Source: Tubiluchus corallicola
Taxonomy: Eukaryota; Animalia; Priapulida
DNA length: 64,000 bases
Assembly: GCA_030141605.1 (NCBI GenBank)
Contig: JAQGDQ010002377.1
Coordinates: forward strand, 1-64,000
Direction of reading: 5' to 3'
The notes under the pieces are model-generated. The model saw only the letters and a list, made by a program, of their open reading frames with translations, searched no databases and was not told where the DNA came from. Below, piece by piece: positions 1 to 10,946 of the stretch. Each line of letters opens with the position of its first letter. The stretch's first letter is position 1. Both the position numbers and the translations under genes were made by a program.

Positions 1-343
1 GGTGCGCATGCAGCCATGTGCATCTGTCTGAGCCCAGGTAGAGAAAGTACTGTCGCTCACACAGTTTATTGTCTGTTGTCACGTACTTACCGTGAATGGA
101 TCAAGCTTGAACTGTGATAATTTAGGCCATTAATAAGCAAAAACCATTTTGTTTGTTTAGGGTTTAATCAAGTTTTTGTATAAATTTTCGTATGTTTGTT
201 TCAAATTAAAATTACAAATTACAACATTAAAATTACGTATGTATCTTATGCATTATTAAAACAATGGCTAAAAATTTACATTGTTTTACATTGTTACATC
301 AATGTTTGAAAACTTTCTAACGAATCAGTGATGGTGCTTACAG

Positions 344-439
344 GCAGGTGCATTGGTTCTCGTGTATTCTGATGGTTCTGTACTGCTTTCACACAGCGGG
401 ACTGAGATGGGTCAGGGACTGCACACCAAGATGATCCAG
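344..439 (+). CDS. XDH: XDH exon ([32 protein letters not shown])
   Basis: cag acceptor, gt donor, phase 0/0; conserved EMGQG motif. Confidence 0.92.
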
Positions 440-3400
440 GTTGGACTTTTTTAACTTCATTCGAGTTTGTTGTTTGCTTCAAAGAAAACTGGACGATTGT
501 GTAGACATTAGTTCAAAATAAAGAATGCTCTGAAATGTTGAAAACAACAATAGATTTTTTAAGTCAAAGCTTAGACTAAAAAAGAATTACTTCAGTAGTT
601 AAACTTTCAAAGGTACTCGCTAATTCAGCGAATTCAGTAGAACTGGAAATGGCGCCTTTTTGGCACATTCGCGAGGGCCGACAAATAGGCGCATTACCAT
701 GATAAGCGTGATCGTGTGCAGTGTTATTCTGTGACGTGAAGTTCATTTTCTTGACATCACACCAGCGTCTTATAGCAATCTTCGCTTACGCAAACGTACT
801 TGATGCGCTAGGAAGATTTCCACCATTGCACAAACTGTGGTTAGTTTGTGACGCAAGCGATATTTGTGTTCAGCTGCCATTAATTTTCTAGCGTAATAAG
901 TATTCAAATATTAGTAACGATTACTAACTCTTATAGGCAAAAAATGTCTATTTTGGTCAGTAAAATTAAAATGAGATTGACTCTAATCAATAATTATTAT
1001 CATTTATTATTATTACATCATATTCCGTTTTAATGGAACAATTTTGTTAACTTACGTACTGTTTTATTATCTACTGTACTGAAAATTTTTATCGTTCGTA
1101 TAGGTAGCAAGTCGAGCTCTCAACATTCCACCAGAACAGATTCACATTAGTGAAACATCAACTGATAAAGTTCCAAACACTCAGCCAACGGCAGCGAGTT
1201 TCAGCTCTGACCTAAACGGAAAGGCTATTCTGGTAGTATAAAAGTGATATAACATAACATAACATAACATAACATAGCATAAAATAAGGTAACATAACAA
1301 CGTAACATAACATAACACAACACAACACAACACATCACATCACGACGTCTCGCTTAACGTCGCATTTCATTGGAACCCATTAGCGTCGTTACGTGACGAT
1401 TTACTGTACCAGAAAATGTATCAAAATTACGTTACTAAGTTCACATGTCGCTAACAACTGAAATGTTTTTTATTCAATTTCAGAATGCTTGTGAAATAAT
1501 CGTAAAACGATTAAAACCGTATATGGAAGCCAAACCTAATGCTGGATGGGCAACATGGGTCTGTACTTTTTGGTTTATAGTTTTGCAAAAAAAATTGCTA
1601 TTATGATAGTAGTTTTAATGTGTGCTTGCTCAAAGCTACCCGCAGGCGTAGAAATTTTGATCAATTGAATATACACTCATGTCTCGGTTTGCTGGACAAT
1701 GGCGGGGAGACGTCGGTCCGAATTTACTGATACTAAGCTAATATAGTAGGCGTCGTGTATTAGACTCACGGTAATGTAGAATCAATCACCTAATTGTCTC
1801 AAGAATCTAGTACGGGCCGCTCCTGTGCAAAAGTATATAAAAACTGTCAACAATTGACTCCATATTTTTCCTGCGCATGTTCCACACTGATGTAATGATG
1901 GTTAACAAAGTGACGGTGTGCCACCTAGTGGTCTGCTTGCGAAACAATGAACTGTATCTGTAGTATGTGGGACTTTTTAACTGTCCAGATTTTGTTAGAT
2001 TCTTCCGATATCCGTAAAAGCGAGGTCCGAGATATGAATGTATTCTGTTTTATATATATATAATTTATTTATATATATATTACATATATTTATATATATA
2101 TATATAAAATAATATATAATATAATATATAACCAGAAATAAACTGACAAACAAACCTGACATCAGTTAGAAATACCTTGAAAGATAACTAGAAATTTGCC
2201 TATTGACTTTATAAACATTTAGAGTAAGTAACTACTTGTGGTGTACTGTCGTAAACAGGTGACTACTAGAGATAACAGTTTGTGGTGTGTTAAAAACTAG
2301 AGTTATATTTACCAAGATTCTTAATGAAAACGAGTTTTGTTGTATAAATTACTGAGTGTTTGACTTGTGTGGTAACTGGTGGTAATGCTTAAAATTTTAC
2401 CTGGTGGTTATGCTTAAAATTTTACCTGGTGGTTATGCTTAAAATTTTATTATTGATCTAGGTGAACCAAGCTTATATGGATCGTGTCAGCTTGTCTGCA
2501 ACGGGCTTTTATGCGTGAGTGTTGAAACAAAAACCGGACAGTTGATTAGACTCAATCTCGCTTTAAATTATTATTCAAAATATAAATTTTCTTTAAATAT
2601 AAAGTATACTTTATAAATAAAATATAAATAAATCTGTTTTTTATGAACATATCTAACTCGCATAACTTTCGCATAACTCGTACAAATTTTTTGGTTCCGA
2701 GGTGTTTGACTTGTACTAATTTACAGTACAGTCGACCCTCGTTAAACCGGACCCCGTTAGCCCGGATATCGGATAAGACGGACGCCATCCGTGGTAAAGG
2801 AAAGTGACCGATTTCCGTCCGAGCCGGAGCGCTAAACGCACCTCGGCCTACCAACTGTACAATAATTTCTTTATCCTCACAGGTTAACTATTGTAAAGCA
2901 ATATACAGTATATTACATAGTGCAATGTAGATAGGCCTTATTAAAGTGATTATTCCTGTATAATATAGAGTTTTATAGACCATATATAGGCATATCGGAT
3001 AAATCGGACAATCGGCTAAACCGAACCCTCCCCTCCCAATTACTCCGGTTTAACGAAGGTTGACTGTATATCCGTAGTATATTATAGTCTTTCCTTTTAG
3101 GCCTCCTGTAAAAGGTTTTGATTGGGACAAAGGGGAAGGTAACCCATTCATGTACTTCTCTTACGGAGCTGCCGCTACCGTGGTGGAGATAGATTGCCTT
3201 ACCGGGGATCATGTGGTAAACATAAATTATGGTGATTACAAAGCTAAATTGAGTTCAAATGATCAGTGCTTAAAATAATATTACAACTGATTAAAACTGA
3301 TTAATTTTATGTTTTTACATCTAGACAATTTTTATTTAGCTCTCCAAATAATTACTCGGTGATTTTCAATTCAATTTTAATTGGTTTATTTCACGTGCAT

Positions 3401-6400
3401 TACATGAAGTATTACGTCATGTACTACGGCCAAATCACGTTGAAAACACCGGTTCTCGTCTGATCACCGAAGTTAAGCAACGTGGAGCCTGGTTAGTACT
3501 TGGATGGGTGACCGCCTAGGAATACCAGGTGCTGTAGGCTTGCGGGATGCTAACACTGTATCTCGACACTAGGCAGAGGAGCTGTACAAGCAGCCAATGT
3601 TTACAGGGCGGAGGAGGTCAAGTGAGCCAACGGTCATGTGTAGAGGAGTAAACCTTTCAAATCAGGATTGGAGCCACGAAGGCGGACCAGTGCAGCATGC
3701 TCACTGACTCCGGCAGCTCCTGCAGCCAACCTGGTGCCAAACGTATCGCTCCGCTTTCCTTTGGACTACACCAGGGAGGAAGAGAGGGGGTTCCTGTTGT
3801 CTGGGCAACTCAGGATCTCCATACACCTTGCCCAGGCGTGTGCCCTGGAGACGTTCAAGGATCGCACTGTTCAGCAACAGTCGACGCTGCAGCTTCATCA
3901 ATGTGATCAATAACTGACTCTCTTGGCACACACTCCATTGTCTTCCAAGACAGAAGGATGCCAACAACATGACGTAATACAAACACCGTCTAAAAGTTTT
4001 CGCAATCATAACATACATAATTATTAACAGACTTGTTACTTGCAAAAGCACTCATAACGTCTAATCAAAACTTTTGATTCGCCCTATTTACAATTGGACA
4101 AGAAAATGGCCAACCAAAATAAGCCTCAGAAAATTTGCAATAAAAAATTATATCACCTAAGTATAATCTTAAGCGAATGAAGCACTCACGTTTTCGCATT
4201 TCAATTTTTGTAAAATATTTCAACTGCTGCAGTAAACGTTGGCGCAGACATGTTTCATTTAGTCCACTAATTGAAAAGCCAGCATGTAACTGATCATGTG
4301 ACATAACATCACTGGAACACAGTCGCAGTGAGTTCTGAGCACGTGGCATGACATCACAAGAACACAGTCGCAGTGAGTTCTGAGCACGTGTACTATAAAG
4401 ATTTGTGTTGTGGTTCTGTGACGCCATCTAATATGGCGCCGCCGTGACAGTCTCGCGGGAGAATTTAAAATGAAAACAAACAGGAAATTCTTTTAACGTG
4501 AGTAAGATAAACGCTTAAGATTGCTTCTAACCGTTATAATTATTTAGCGAAAATTTTCTGAGACTTGCTTTAACTGGGTCTTTTGTTGTCCCTTAAGTGC
4601 TTAATTACTTAATATGCCCAATTGATGAGCATCGTGAGGTGTAGGTACGCATGAGCTCAGAGTTGTTATTACTGCGGACATGGTATGTTATTTCCATATG
4701 GTATTTTGGAGGATCTAAAATGTGACATTTTGTACTGACTTTGCAAAGTATGATTGACAATGTGCCGTCTGTAAATTTTTGGACTAATCTCAGGTCTTAG
4801 GTTCAAATCCCGAATAATCCACAATTTTTCAGTGTCTCCTTTCACCAACTCATAAGCCGCAATGGGTAAAAATTGGTAAAATCAACCCCGATGGTTTATT
4901 AAAATTCTGACGATCATGGACATAATTAATTAATAATCTGGCATCTTTATGTTTCAAGATGTTAAGTACGGACATCGTCATGGATATTGGAGACAGCTTG
5001 AATCCAGCAATAGATGTTGGACAGATTGAAGGTGGATTCGTACAAGGCTACGGATTGGCGACCATGGAGGAACTTCGCTATTCGCCTGATGGTAGATATG
5101 ATACTTCCAGTACAGGGTGTTTCAGAAGTTTCCCACCAAATTGCTTTTCTATTTTCTTTGTTAACTCTTTAGGGACTGTAAGTGTTTGCTGCATTTTGCA
5201 TGGCTTCATGAAAAACTGCTCTTACTAAGCAGTGATTACGTCATATTTGATAATTTTTGCAGGTTTCTACTCCTCATACAATGACCTTTCATGGGTTCAT
5301 GAAAAACTGCTCTAACTAAGCACTGATTACGTTATACTTGATAATTTTTGTAGGTTTCTACTCCTCATACAATGAATTTTCATGCAAAATTATATATGAA
5401 ATGTATTTGCTTACCTTAGACAAATTAAAAATAGATTTTTGATGAAAAAATTTAAAAACTTTCAGTAACTGTTGTATTTGCACTGTAACAATGTACCGTA
5501 TCTCTTGTGTGAAATCAGTTAATGTAGAAAATGTCAACTGTCCAGACACAACACTCTGATAAACTTTGACCTCAAGTCTACTCTATTTTTAAGGAGAATT
5601 TCTTGTTAAAAGATGAAATGACCTTAATTTCTTCTTGGCTGATCTGTAGGTTTTGCTAGAATAGCACTAGAGTGCTGCACAGCTTGGGCTGTAGCAAGCA
5701 CGCGATCAATAAATAATGTGTACTACCACGTAAGTGTGCACCAGACTAAGCTACTCAATAAGCTAAGTTGGAGTGACTGAAAATGGCATGTTTTTCTTAA
5801 TTTTATCCAGTAAAATCACTTATAAATGCTTAGACAAATAGCATGATTGGTTAGCCGAGATTCTCCCAAATAGAACAGTTCATAATGTGTAATCGTTTAG
5901 TTATGTCTGTGCTCATACAGTAGCAGAAAACTCATATGTCTGAACCAATCTGGAACATAAATGCAAATAAGACTGAAAGCAGCAATAATTAGCCTAGTAA
6001 TGTTACATAAGAGATGTAGAGGAATTTCATCTGTATGGGTTGGAAAGTGCTATAGCAGTTAGCAAGCGGTCAGCAATGAATCGTAGCTAAAGCTTCTGAC
6101 TGCTTTAGTAGTGAAATTATTACTGTGATTTTTGTTAGTAGGGTGAGTGCAGCAAGCAGGTGCTGGAAGGCTGAAAAAATCGTTGTTAAATTGAAACGTG
6201 CGTCGTTAAGTGAATAAAAGGTGTCAAATGTTCAGTGCTAAAAAAATCTTTGTTAAATTGAAACGGGGAGTCATTAAGTGAGTAAAAGGTGTTAAATGTT
6301 CAGTGCTAAAAAATCGTTGTTAAATTGAAACGTGCATTGCTAAGTGAGTAAAAGGTGTCAAATGTTCAGTGCTAAAAAATCGTTGTTAAATTGAAATGTG

Positions 6401-6728
6401 CATCGTTAAGTGAATAAAAGGTGTCAAATGTTCAATGCTGAAAAAATCGTTGTTAGATTGAAACGTGCGTCGTTAAGTGAATAAAAGGTGTCAAATGTTC
6501 AGTGCCATTTAAATGAAACATCACTAAACGGGGTGTCATTAAATGAGGTCTTACTGTATTGTCTCGTCTTTCCTGTTTAAATTATTATGTTATTTATTTC
6601 AGGGAGAATGTACACCCTTGGCCCCGGAATGTATAAAATTCCTACTGCGTCTGACATTCCAGTCAAGTTCAATGTTTCTCTGTTGCGCGATGCATCCAAT
6701 CATAAAAAAGCAATCTATTCTTCTACAA
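344..6728 (+). CDS. XDH: Xanthine dehydrogenase/aldehyde oxidase-family gene, C-terminal Moco-binding region (7 exons; starts upstream of window; terminal exons not found)
   Basis: Exons 344-439, 1104-1232, 1484-1558, 2462-2514, 3101-3215, 4959-5091 and 6603-6728 splice in frame at GT-AG sites. They give the XDH motifs [58 protein letters not shown] and YKIP. GTEMGQG favours XDH over AOX. Confidence 0.9.
1104..1232 (+). CDS. XDH: XDH exon ([43 protein letters not shown])
   Basis: tag/gt boundaries; ETST..VPNT.PTAAS motif. Confidence 0.92.
1248..1342. repeat. (AACAT)n/(AACAC)n pentanucleotide microsatellite
   Basis: Visible tandem 5-mers directly after an exon donor. Confidence 0.85.
1484..1558 (+). 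CDS. XDH: XDH exon ([25 protein letters not shown])
   Basis: cag/gt boundaries; in frame with neighbouring exons. Confidence 0.88.
1667..2047. mobile_element. Degenerate MITE with imperfect terminal inverted repeats
   Basis: atacactcatgtctcgg (1671) is an imperfect reverse complement of ccgagatatgaatgtat (2027). Confidence 0.4.
2462..2514 (+). CDS. XDH: XDH exon ([17 protein letters not shown])
   Basis: tag/gtgagt; VSLSATGFY motif. Confidence 0.9.
2729..3066. mobile_element. Tc1/mariner-superfamily (pogo/Tigger-like) MITE
   Basis: 23-bp TIRs CAGTCGACCCTCGTTAAACCGGA / TCCGGTTTAACGAAGGTTGACTG (2 mismatches), flanked by TA on both sides. Confidence 0.85.
3101..3215 (+). CDS. XDH: XDH exon ([38 protein letters not shown])
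   Basis: tag/gt; [14 protein letters not shown] motif. Confidence 0.92.
3422..3541 (+). rRNA. 5S rRNA-derived sequence (head of a SINE rather than a functional 5S gene)
   Basis: Full-length 5S-like sequence with A box (AGTTAAGCAACG) and C box (TGGATGGGTGACC); ends GTAGGCTT with no oligo-T terminator. Confidence 0.88.
3422..3967 (+). mobile_element. 5S rRNA-derived SINE (SINE3-type) with GC-rich body and RTE-like 3' tail
   Basis: 5S head plus about 425-bp GC-rich body with no TTTT run, a terminal hairpin TGTCTT-CC-AAGACA and a CAACAA tail; CATG duplicated at 3418-3421 and 3968-3971. Confidence 0.75.
4306..4390. repeat. Two-copy tandem duplication, period 45 bp
   Basis: acatcac..gaacacagtcgcagtgagttctgagcacgtg occurs twice. 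Confidence 0.8.
4781..4935 (+). mobile_element. Fragment of a repeat family with a tRNA-like core (B box GGTTCAAATCCC plus shared body)
   Basis: Body similar to 41930-42050 and to the reverse complement of 24130-24190. Confidence 0.55.
4959..5091 (+). CDS. XDH: XDH exon ([44 protein letters not shown])
   Basis: aag/gt; [13 protein letters not shown] motif. Confidence 0.93.
5199..5374. repeat. Two-copy tandem duplication of about 90 bp
   Basis: ttcatgaaaaactgctc...ggtttctactcctcatacaatga occurs twice. Confidence 0.8.
6174..6556. repeat. About five copies of a 66-67 bp unit ending in a Tigger-like right terminus
   Basis: Unit aaaaatcgttgttaaattgaaacgtgcgtcgttaagtgaataaaaggtgtcaaatgttcagtgct; ends ..gaggtcttactg-ta; one copy of the unit lies inside the MITE at 34148-34901. 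Confidence 0.75.
6603..6728 (+). CDS. XDH: XDH exon ([41 protein letters not shown])
   Basis: cag/gtgagt; YKIP..DIP..FNVSLL..AIYSS motif. Confidence 0.88.
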
Positions 6729-6837
6729 GTGAGTATAACACCTGCCTTTCACTCTCCTGCAAATTAATACATAAATAAATAAAGTAACAGTACAATCTAT
6801 ATATATATATACAATATCATGCGTCCAGCCTGAGTCG

Positions 6838-8853
6838 TCACTCATAATTTCTACCTAACACTTTCCTCCACTGGTCTCTTATGTCTGAAGTGTAAAATGC
6901 TTCACTGTTATTCAATGCGTTTATGAGAAGATTTGAGCTTTGCATTACTCTAATGTATAGACTGTATGCAGTTTTCCTATGTACTACATCAAAGTATAAA
7001 ACATCGTGGTCTACTGAAATGGTCCTAGAACTATAATCATATGGGTAGTTGAAAAGTTTGCGTTTTGAAATATTGTGAGCTACTTTAAGTTTGCTGAGAC
7101 TGTAGTTATAAAAATGTCGCCAGGTGGCCATACCGTAGAAAGAATTACAATAAGAGTTGAACAGACGAGTTTTGACATTAGGTGAACAATGATGAAATTT
7201 TCTAAGAATACGGTTCGCTCTAGTGCAAAACAGACTTCGTTGTCTGATAACATCCATGTCATCTTTGTTATCACTGGTGATGATATGGCCAAGATACTTT
7301 TCTGTTTCACACGGTATAATTATTTTACCGGCTACCTCAGGTGAACTGAAATTGAACCCACACATACTGGGGGGTGTAATTGTTATGAGTTTAGCCTTGT
7401 CGACGTTTATTACTATGTCATGACTATTTGCGTAATCAACATACATATCAACTAAAGTTTGTAAAGCAGTGGTAGTGGATGCTAGTAAACATCCATCATC
7501 AGCAAACATAAGGTGATTTATATAAGTACCACCTATCTGACAACCTAGACCGGTAGATCTGAGGTCAGAACTCAAGTCTCTGAAATATAAATTAAATAGT
7601 ATGGGTGACATTTTTGCACCCTGCCGAACACCATTTGCGACTTTAAATGTGCAAGAGCAAAAATTTCCCCACCTCACAAACATGGTTTGTCGAGAGTAGT
7701 AAAAGGCTAATAATCTTATAATAATGTTAGGCATATCAGTATCGACCAGTTTTAGAAACATTTTGTAGTAATTTACCCGGTCAAAAGCTTTAGATGCATC
7801 TAAGAACAATATGTGTACTGGACTCTGGCGTTGAATGTAATAGTCAATAACTTCTTTCATGGTATACAAACACATTTCGGTACCCAGTTCATTCACGTAA
7901 CCAAACTGATTTGGTGTTGATTGAATTGAGTTACCGTATCTGCTTAAAAACAAAATTTCTAATAATTTGTTCAACACTGTGGATAGTGCTATTGGCCTAT
8001 AATTATTTTTGGCTGTGATTTCCTTATTTTTGTCTTTCACAATCGGTACAATGACAGACAGCATTAGAGAATCAGGCAAAAAACAATGTATGACACAAGC
8101 GCTTAATAAAAGTGATAATTCTATTGGCAGCATATGTGAAGCAAACCTAAAATGCTCCGATTTAATTGCATCATTTCCAGCCGATTTGTGCAGAGATAGT
8201 TTTGAAATGGCCTCTTGCACTTCTCTCACAGTGAAAGAACTCACAATACCCATATTACTACTTAACTTCAAGTCTAATTTTGCTGCAACGTCACCGTTAT
8301 TTGCAGAATTTAAAATCTTTTTATAGTGCTTCCCCCACATATCACATATAGCCTTATCGCCTGAAATTTCGTCTATTTTAGGGGGTAAAGGAATTCTTGA
8401 GTTAGTTTCCCTTTTTATCATGGCCCAAAATTCATAAGAATTACAGTTCATAAACTTATGAGCAATTTTATCTGCGACAATTGTTTTCTCTTGGATCTTG
8501 CATTCACGTAATGCAAGCTTAAAACGTGAACGTGCCTGGCGCATTTCATCAGCAATGAGCCCATTCCGAGGCTTGCCATTCGCACACCAATTTAAAAAAC
8601 AGTGACGAAAGTGTCTGTGTTTTTCAGAAACGAATTCGTTCCAGCCAGGTATTATTTTATCCTTTATACGTTCATGATTTTGTGACGGCTTATAACTAGG
8701 CAGCGTATTCTCAGCCGCAGAATTTAGCGCAGATATAATTGCGTCATGCATCAAAGCAAGTTGTTGTCTATGATTGGGGTTCTGACAGTGAATGTCACCA
8801 CAATAAATTGCGTCGTACGGGACAACGATTCCAGATAGCAAAGACTGTGTCAT
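6838..8853 (-). CDS. LINE ORF2 reverse transcriptase portion
   Basis: NYRPIAL, QFGY, FLDASKAFDRV, GVRQGAKMSPILF, FADD and KYLG motifs. Confidence 0.93.
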   Translation of the reverse strand: MTQSLLSGIVVPYDAIYCGDIHCQNPNHRQQLALMHDAIISALNSAAENTLPSYKPSQNHERIKDKIIPGWNEFVSEKHRHFRHCFLNWCANGKPRNGLIADEMRQARSRFKLALRECKIQEKTIVADKIAHKFMNCNSYEFWAMIKRETNSRIPLPPKIDEISGDKAICDMWGKHYKKILNSANNGDVAAKLDLKLSSNMGIVSSFTVREVQEAISKLSLHKSAGNDAIKSEHFRFASHMLPIELSLLLSACVIHCFLPDSLMLSVIVPIVKDKNKEITAKNNYRPIALSTVLNKLLEILFLSRYGNSIQSTPNQFGYVNELGTEMCLYTMKEVIDYYIQRQSPVHILFLDASKAFDRVNYYKMFLKLVDTDMPNIIIRLLAFYYSRQTMFVRWGNFCSCTFKVANGVRQGAKMSPILFNLYFRDLSSDLRSTGLGCQIGGTYINHLMFADDGCLLASTTTALQTLVDMYVDYANSHDIVINVDKAKLITITPPSMCGFNFSSPEVAGKIIIPCETEKYLGHIITSDNKDDMDVIRQRSLFCTRANRILRKFHHCSPNVKTRLFNSYCNSFYGMATWRHFYNYSLSKLKVAHNISKRKLFNYPYDYSSRTISVDHDVLYFDVVHRKTAYSLYIRVMQSSNLLINALNNSEAFYTSDIRDQWRKVLGRNYE

Positions 8854-10946
8854 TGTTTGGTATTCGAGGAGATGATTACTTTCAGCTTTCTCCTAGTCAA
8901 CCATAAAAAAGGCACTATTGGTTTACAAGGTGTGTCCGAATCACACGACACTTGGCCATTCAAAACGTCATTTACAGTGACTGTAGCCGCACCATTAGGT
9001 GATAAAGCCATTCGATCTATATGCACGTTTAGTAGTAAGGGCATGTGATCTGAACTTGTTAGCTCATAATTTACACAGATATCTCCAATTAAAGAGTCCA
9101 TAGCCATAGTACTAATTACATATTCAAGCCATGTAGTTGAGTTGTGGGCTACACTAACGAACGTAAATGAAGAACTTGGCATTTTCGCTACATCAGATAT
9201 AATATAGTCATTAGCATTACACGTTTCACTTAGCTCCGCGTAAAACCTTTTTTGAGGATGGGAATTGAAGTCCCCGACACAACAAACATAGCTAGACTCT
9301 GTAGTTTCAATAATAGAGGTGAGAGTGCCTAGACAATGATTAAACTCATCAAAATTATTATCAGCTTCATAGGGAAAGTAAACATTAATTAATACAAGTG
9401 GCATTAACTTATCAGGAAATGAAAGAGAAATACCCATTACTCTGCATTCGTCATCATAGGTAAGTATTTTACTGGTAACAGGAAGAGTTTTTCGCCATAA
9501 GATAGCCAAGCCTCCTTGTGGTCTACCATCTGGTATTCCTGTAGAGAAATCGGTTGGTGAAACTCCATGTCCATAGAATTCTGGGTGAATGCAAGATAGG
9601 TGTTCTAGCTCTTGTTTAGGCAACATCGTTTCTTGCAAAAGTAGCACATCAATAGATTTGCGCAGTTCCTGTAGTACGTATTGAGACTCAGGGTGCAACA
9701 CTGAATTGCAGTAATAGCTCGCTACCTTCAAGTCTGTGTTTGTGTTTGGTTGCAGTTCATTATTATTAGTATGATTAGTGGTGCTGCTGGTGGCGCCGCC
9801 ACATTCCGTTTGCTGATCAAGTGTATCATTCCCTGCTTCTCTATTACCTACTGGTCTATAGCCGTCGTTTGATAATACCTTTGCTTTCTGCGTTAAAGGC
9901 TGATTCACAGTCAGTTTTGCAGCTCTAGAAGTATAGAATGGCTTCATCAGCGTGCCAACTGGCCATAACTCTGCGTTCATAATTTTATCATACTCGTCCG
10001 TACCATGACAGCTTATAACAAATGAGGAGTATGTATTAAATTTTGTCTTAAGTTGTTCCACATTAACTGTAATGTTGCACGATTCATCTACAAAACGCTG
10101 AACCTCCGTTGCGTCGGTACTAGGATCTAGACGGGTAATGAATATTCGTCGTAGTGGTTTGCTCGGTCTTAGGAATACTCCAAGGCCAGTAGCAGATCCT
10201 GTGATGACTTTCTTGGATTCTCTATTATTCACATTACGTGGGCGCCGCCGTTTTTTCACAATCGTGAATCCGTCATTGTCGTCATCAACAATCTTGTCGC
10301 TCGTTTGCTGCTTGCTCACGTTTGTAAGTTCCGTGTTCACTAGGCAGCTTCTGGTTGTTTCAGAGTAACTTTTCTTTTGTGATGAGTCTGTTTTTGAAGA
10401 CACGGGAGGCACAGCTTTGGACAGATGTACTTTTAGCAGAGCATCAATCTCAGCCCTAGAAACAGAGTTTTCTTTCAGTTCTTGGAGTTCCTGTTGAACT
10501 GTTTGCAATTTCTTAACAATGACAGATGTATCAACTGATTTCAGTGTCATTGGTGGCATTTTATGGGAGTATGCTGACACAAACCTAGGTGACGGTACTG
10601 CGTCCATAATTGACCCATATTGTAAAAGCTTAAGAATGTCCATTGCATTTGCCCTTCTCTTCGAGGGACCGATCCTGTTTTTAGTGAAGTCAGGCTTTTC
10701 GGTGGCTTCTGCAGGAATAAAGTCTAAGAGTAATGCTTTTGCATCTTCACATTCTTCATCAGTGTAATGGTCATGGATGATAGTTGCAAGATCTAAATAA
10801 GTCGCACCAGCTTCAAGCTGATTTTGGGCAAAATAATTTAATTCGCTGTGTATGAGCACCAGCTTCTTGACAGGATCTGATGTTAGGAGTTGCGTGCCAA
10901 TTGACCGATCCTCCCTGGAATGATGATAATTCATGTATAGAGTCAC
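8850..10946 (-). CDS. LINE ORF1 (coiled coil and RRM-like) in frame with APE endonuclease
   Basis: IFITRLDP..YSSFVI..LWP (ORF1-type RRM), then LLQET, GGLAILW, VYFP, GDFN and SDH (APE motifs). Confidence 0.88.
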   Translation of the reverse strand: MTLYMNYHHSREDRSIGTQLLTSDPVKKLVLIHSELNYFAQNQLEAGATYLDLATIIHDHYTDEECEDAKALLLDFIPAEATEKPDFTKNRIGPSKRRANAMDILKLLQYGSIMDAVPSPRFVSAYSHKMPPMTLKSVDTSVIVKKLQTVQQELQELKENSVSRAEIDALLKVHLSKAVPPVSSKTDSSQKKSYSETTRSCLVNTELTNVSKQQTSDKIVDDDNDGFTIVKKRRRPRNVNNRESKKVITGSATGLGVFLRPSKPLRRIFITRLDPSTDATEVQRFVDESCNITVNVEQLKTKFNTYSSFVISCHGTDEYDKIMNAELWPVGTLMKPFYTSRAAKLTVNQPLTQKAKVLSNDGYRPVGNREAGNDTLDQQTECGGATSSTTNHTNNNELQPNTNTDLKVASYYCNSVLHPESQYVLQELRKSIDVLLLQETMLPKQELEHLSCIHPEFYGHGVSPTDFSTGIPDGRPQGGLAILWRKTLPVTSKILTYDDECRVMGISLSFPDKLMPLVLINVYFPYEADNNFDEFNHCLGTLTSIIETTESSYVCCVGDFNSHPQKRFYAELSETCNANDYIISDVAKMPSSSFTFVSVAHNSTTWLEYVISTMAMDSLIGDICVNYELTSSDHMPLLLNVHIDRMALSPNGAATVTVNDVLNGQVSCDSDTPCKPIVPFLWLTRRKLKVIISSNTKQ

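Noticed and set aside
3422-3541. Functional 5S rRNA gene
   Set aside because: Single copy, altered 5' end, no T-run terminator, and fused to a SINE-like body with a TSD.
3668-4051. Short ORFs on both strands
   Set aside because: They fall in the GC-rich SINE body and have no recognisable domain.
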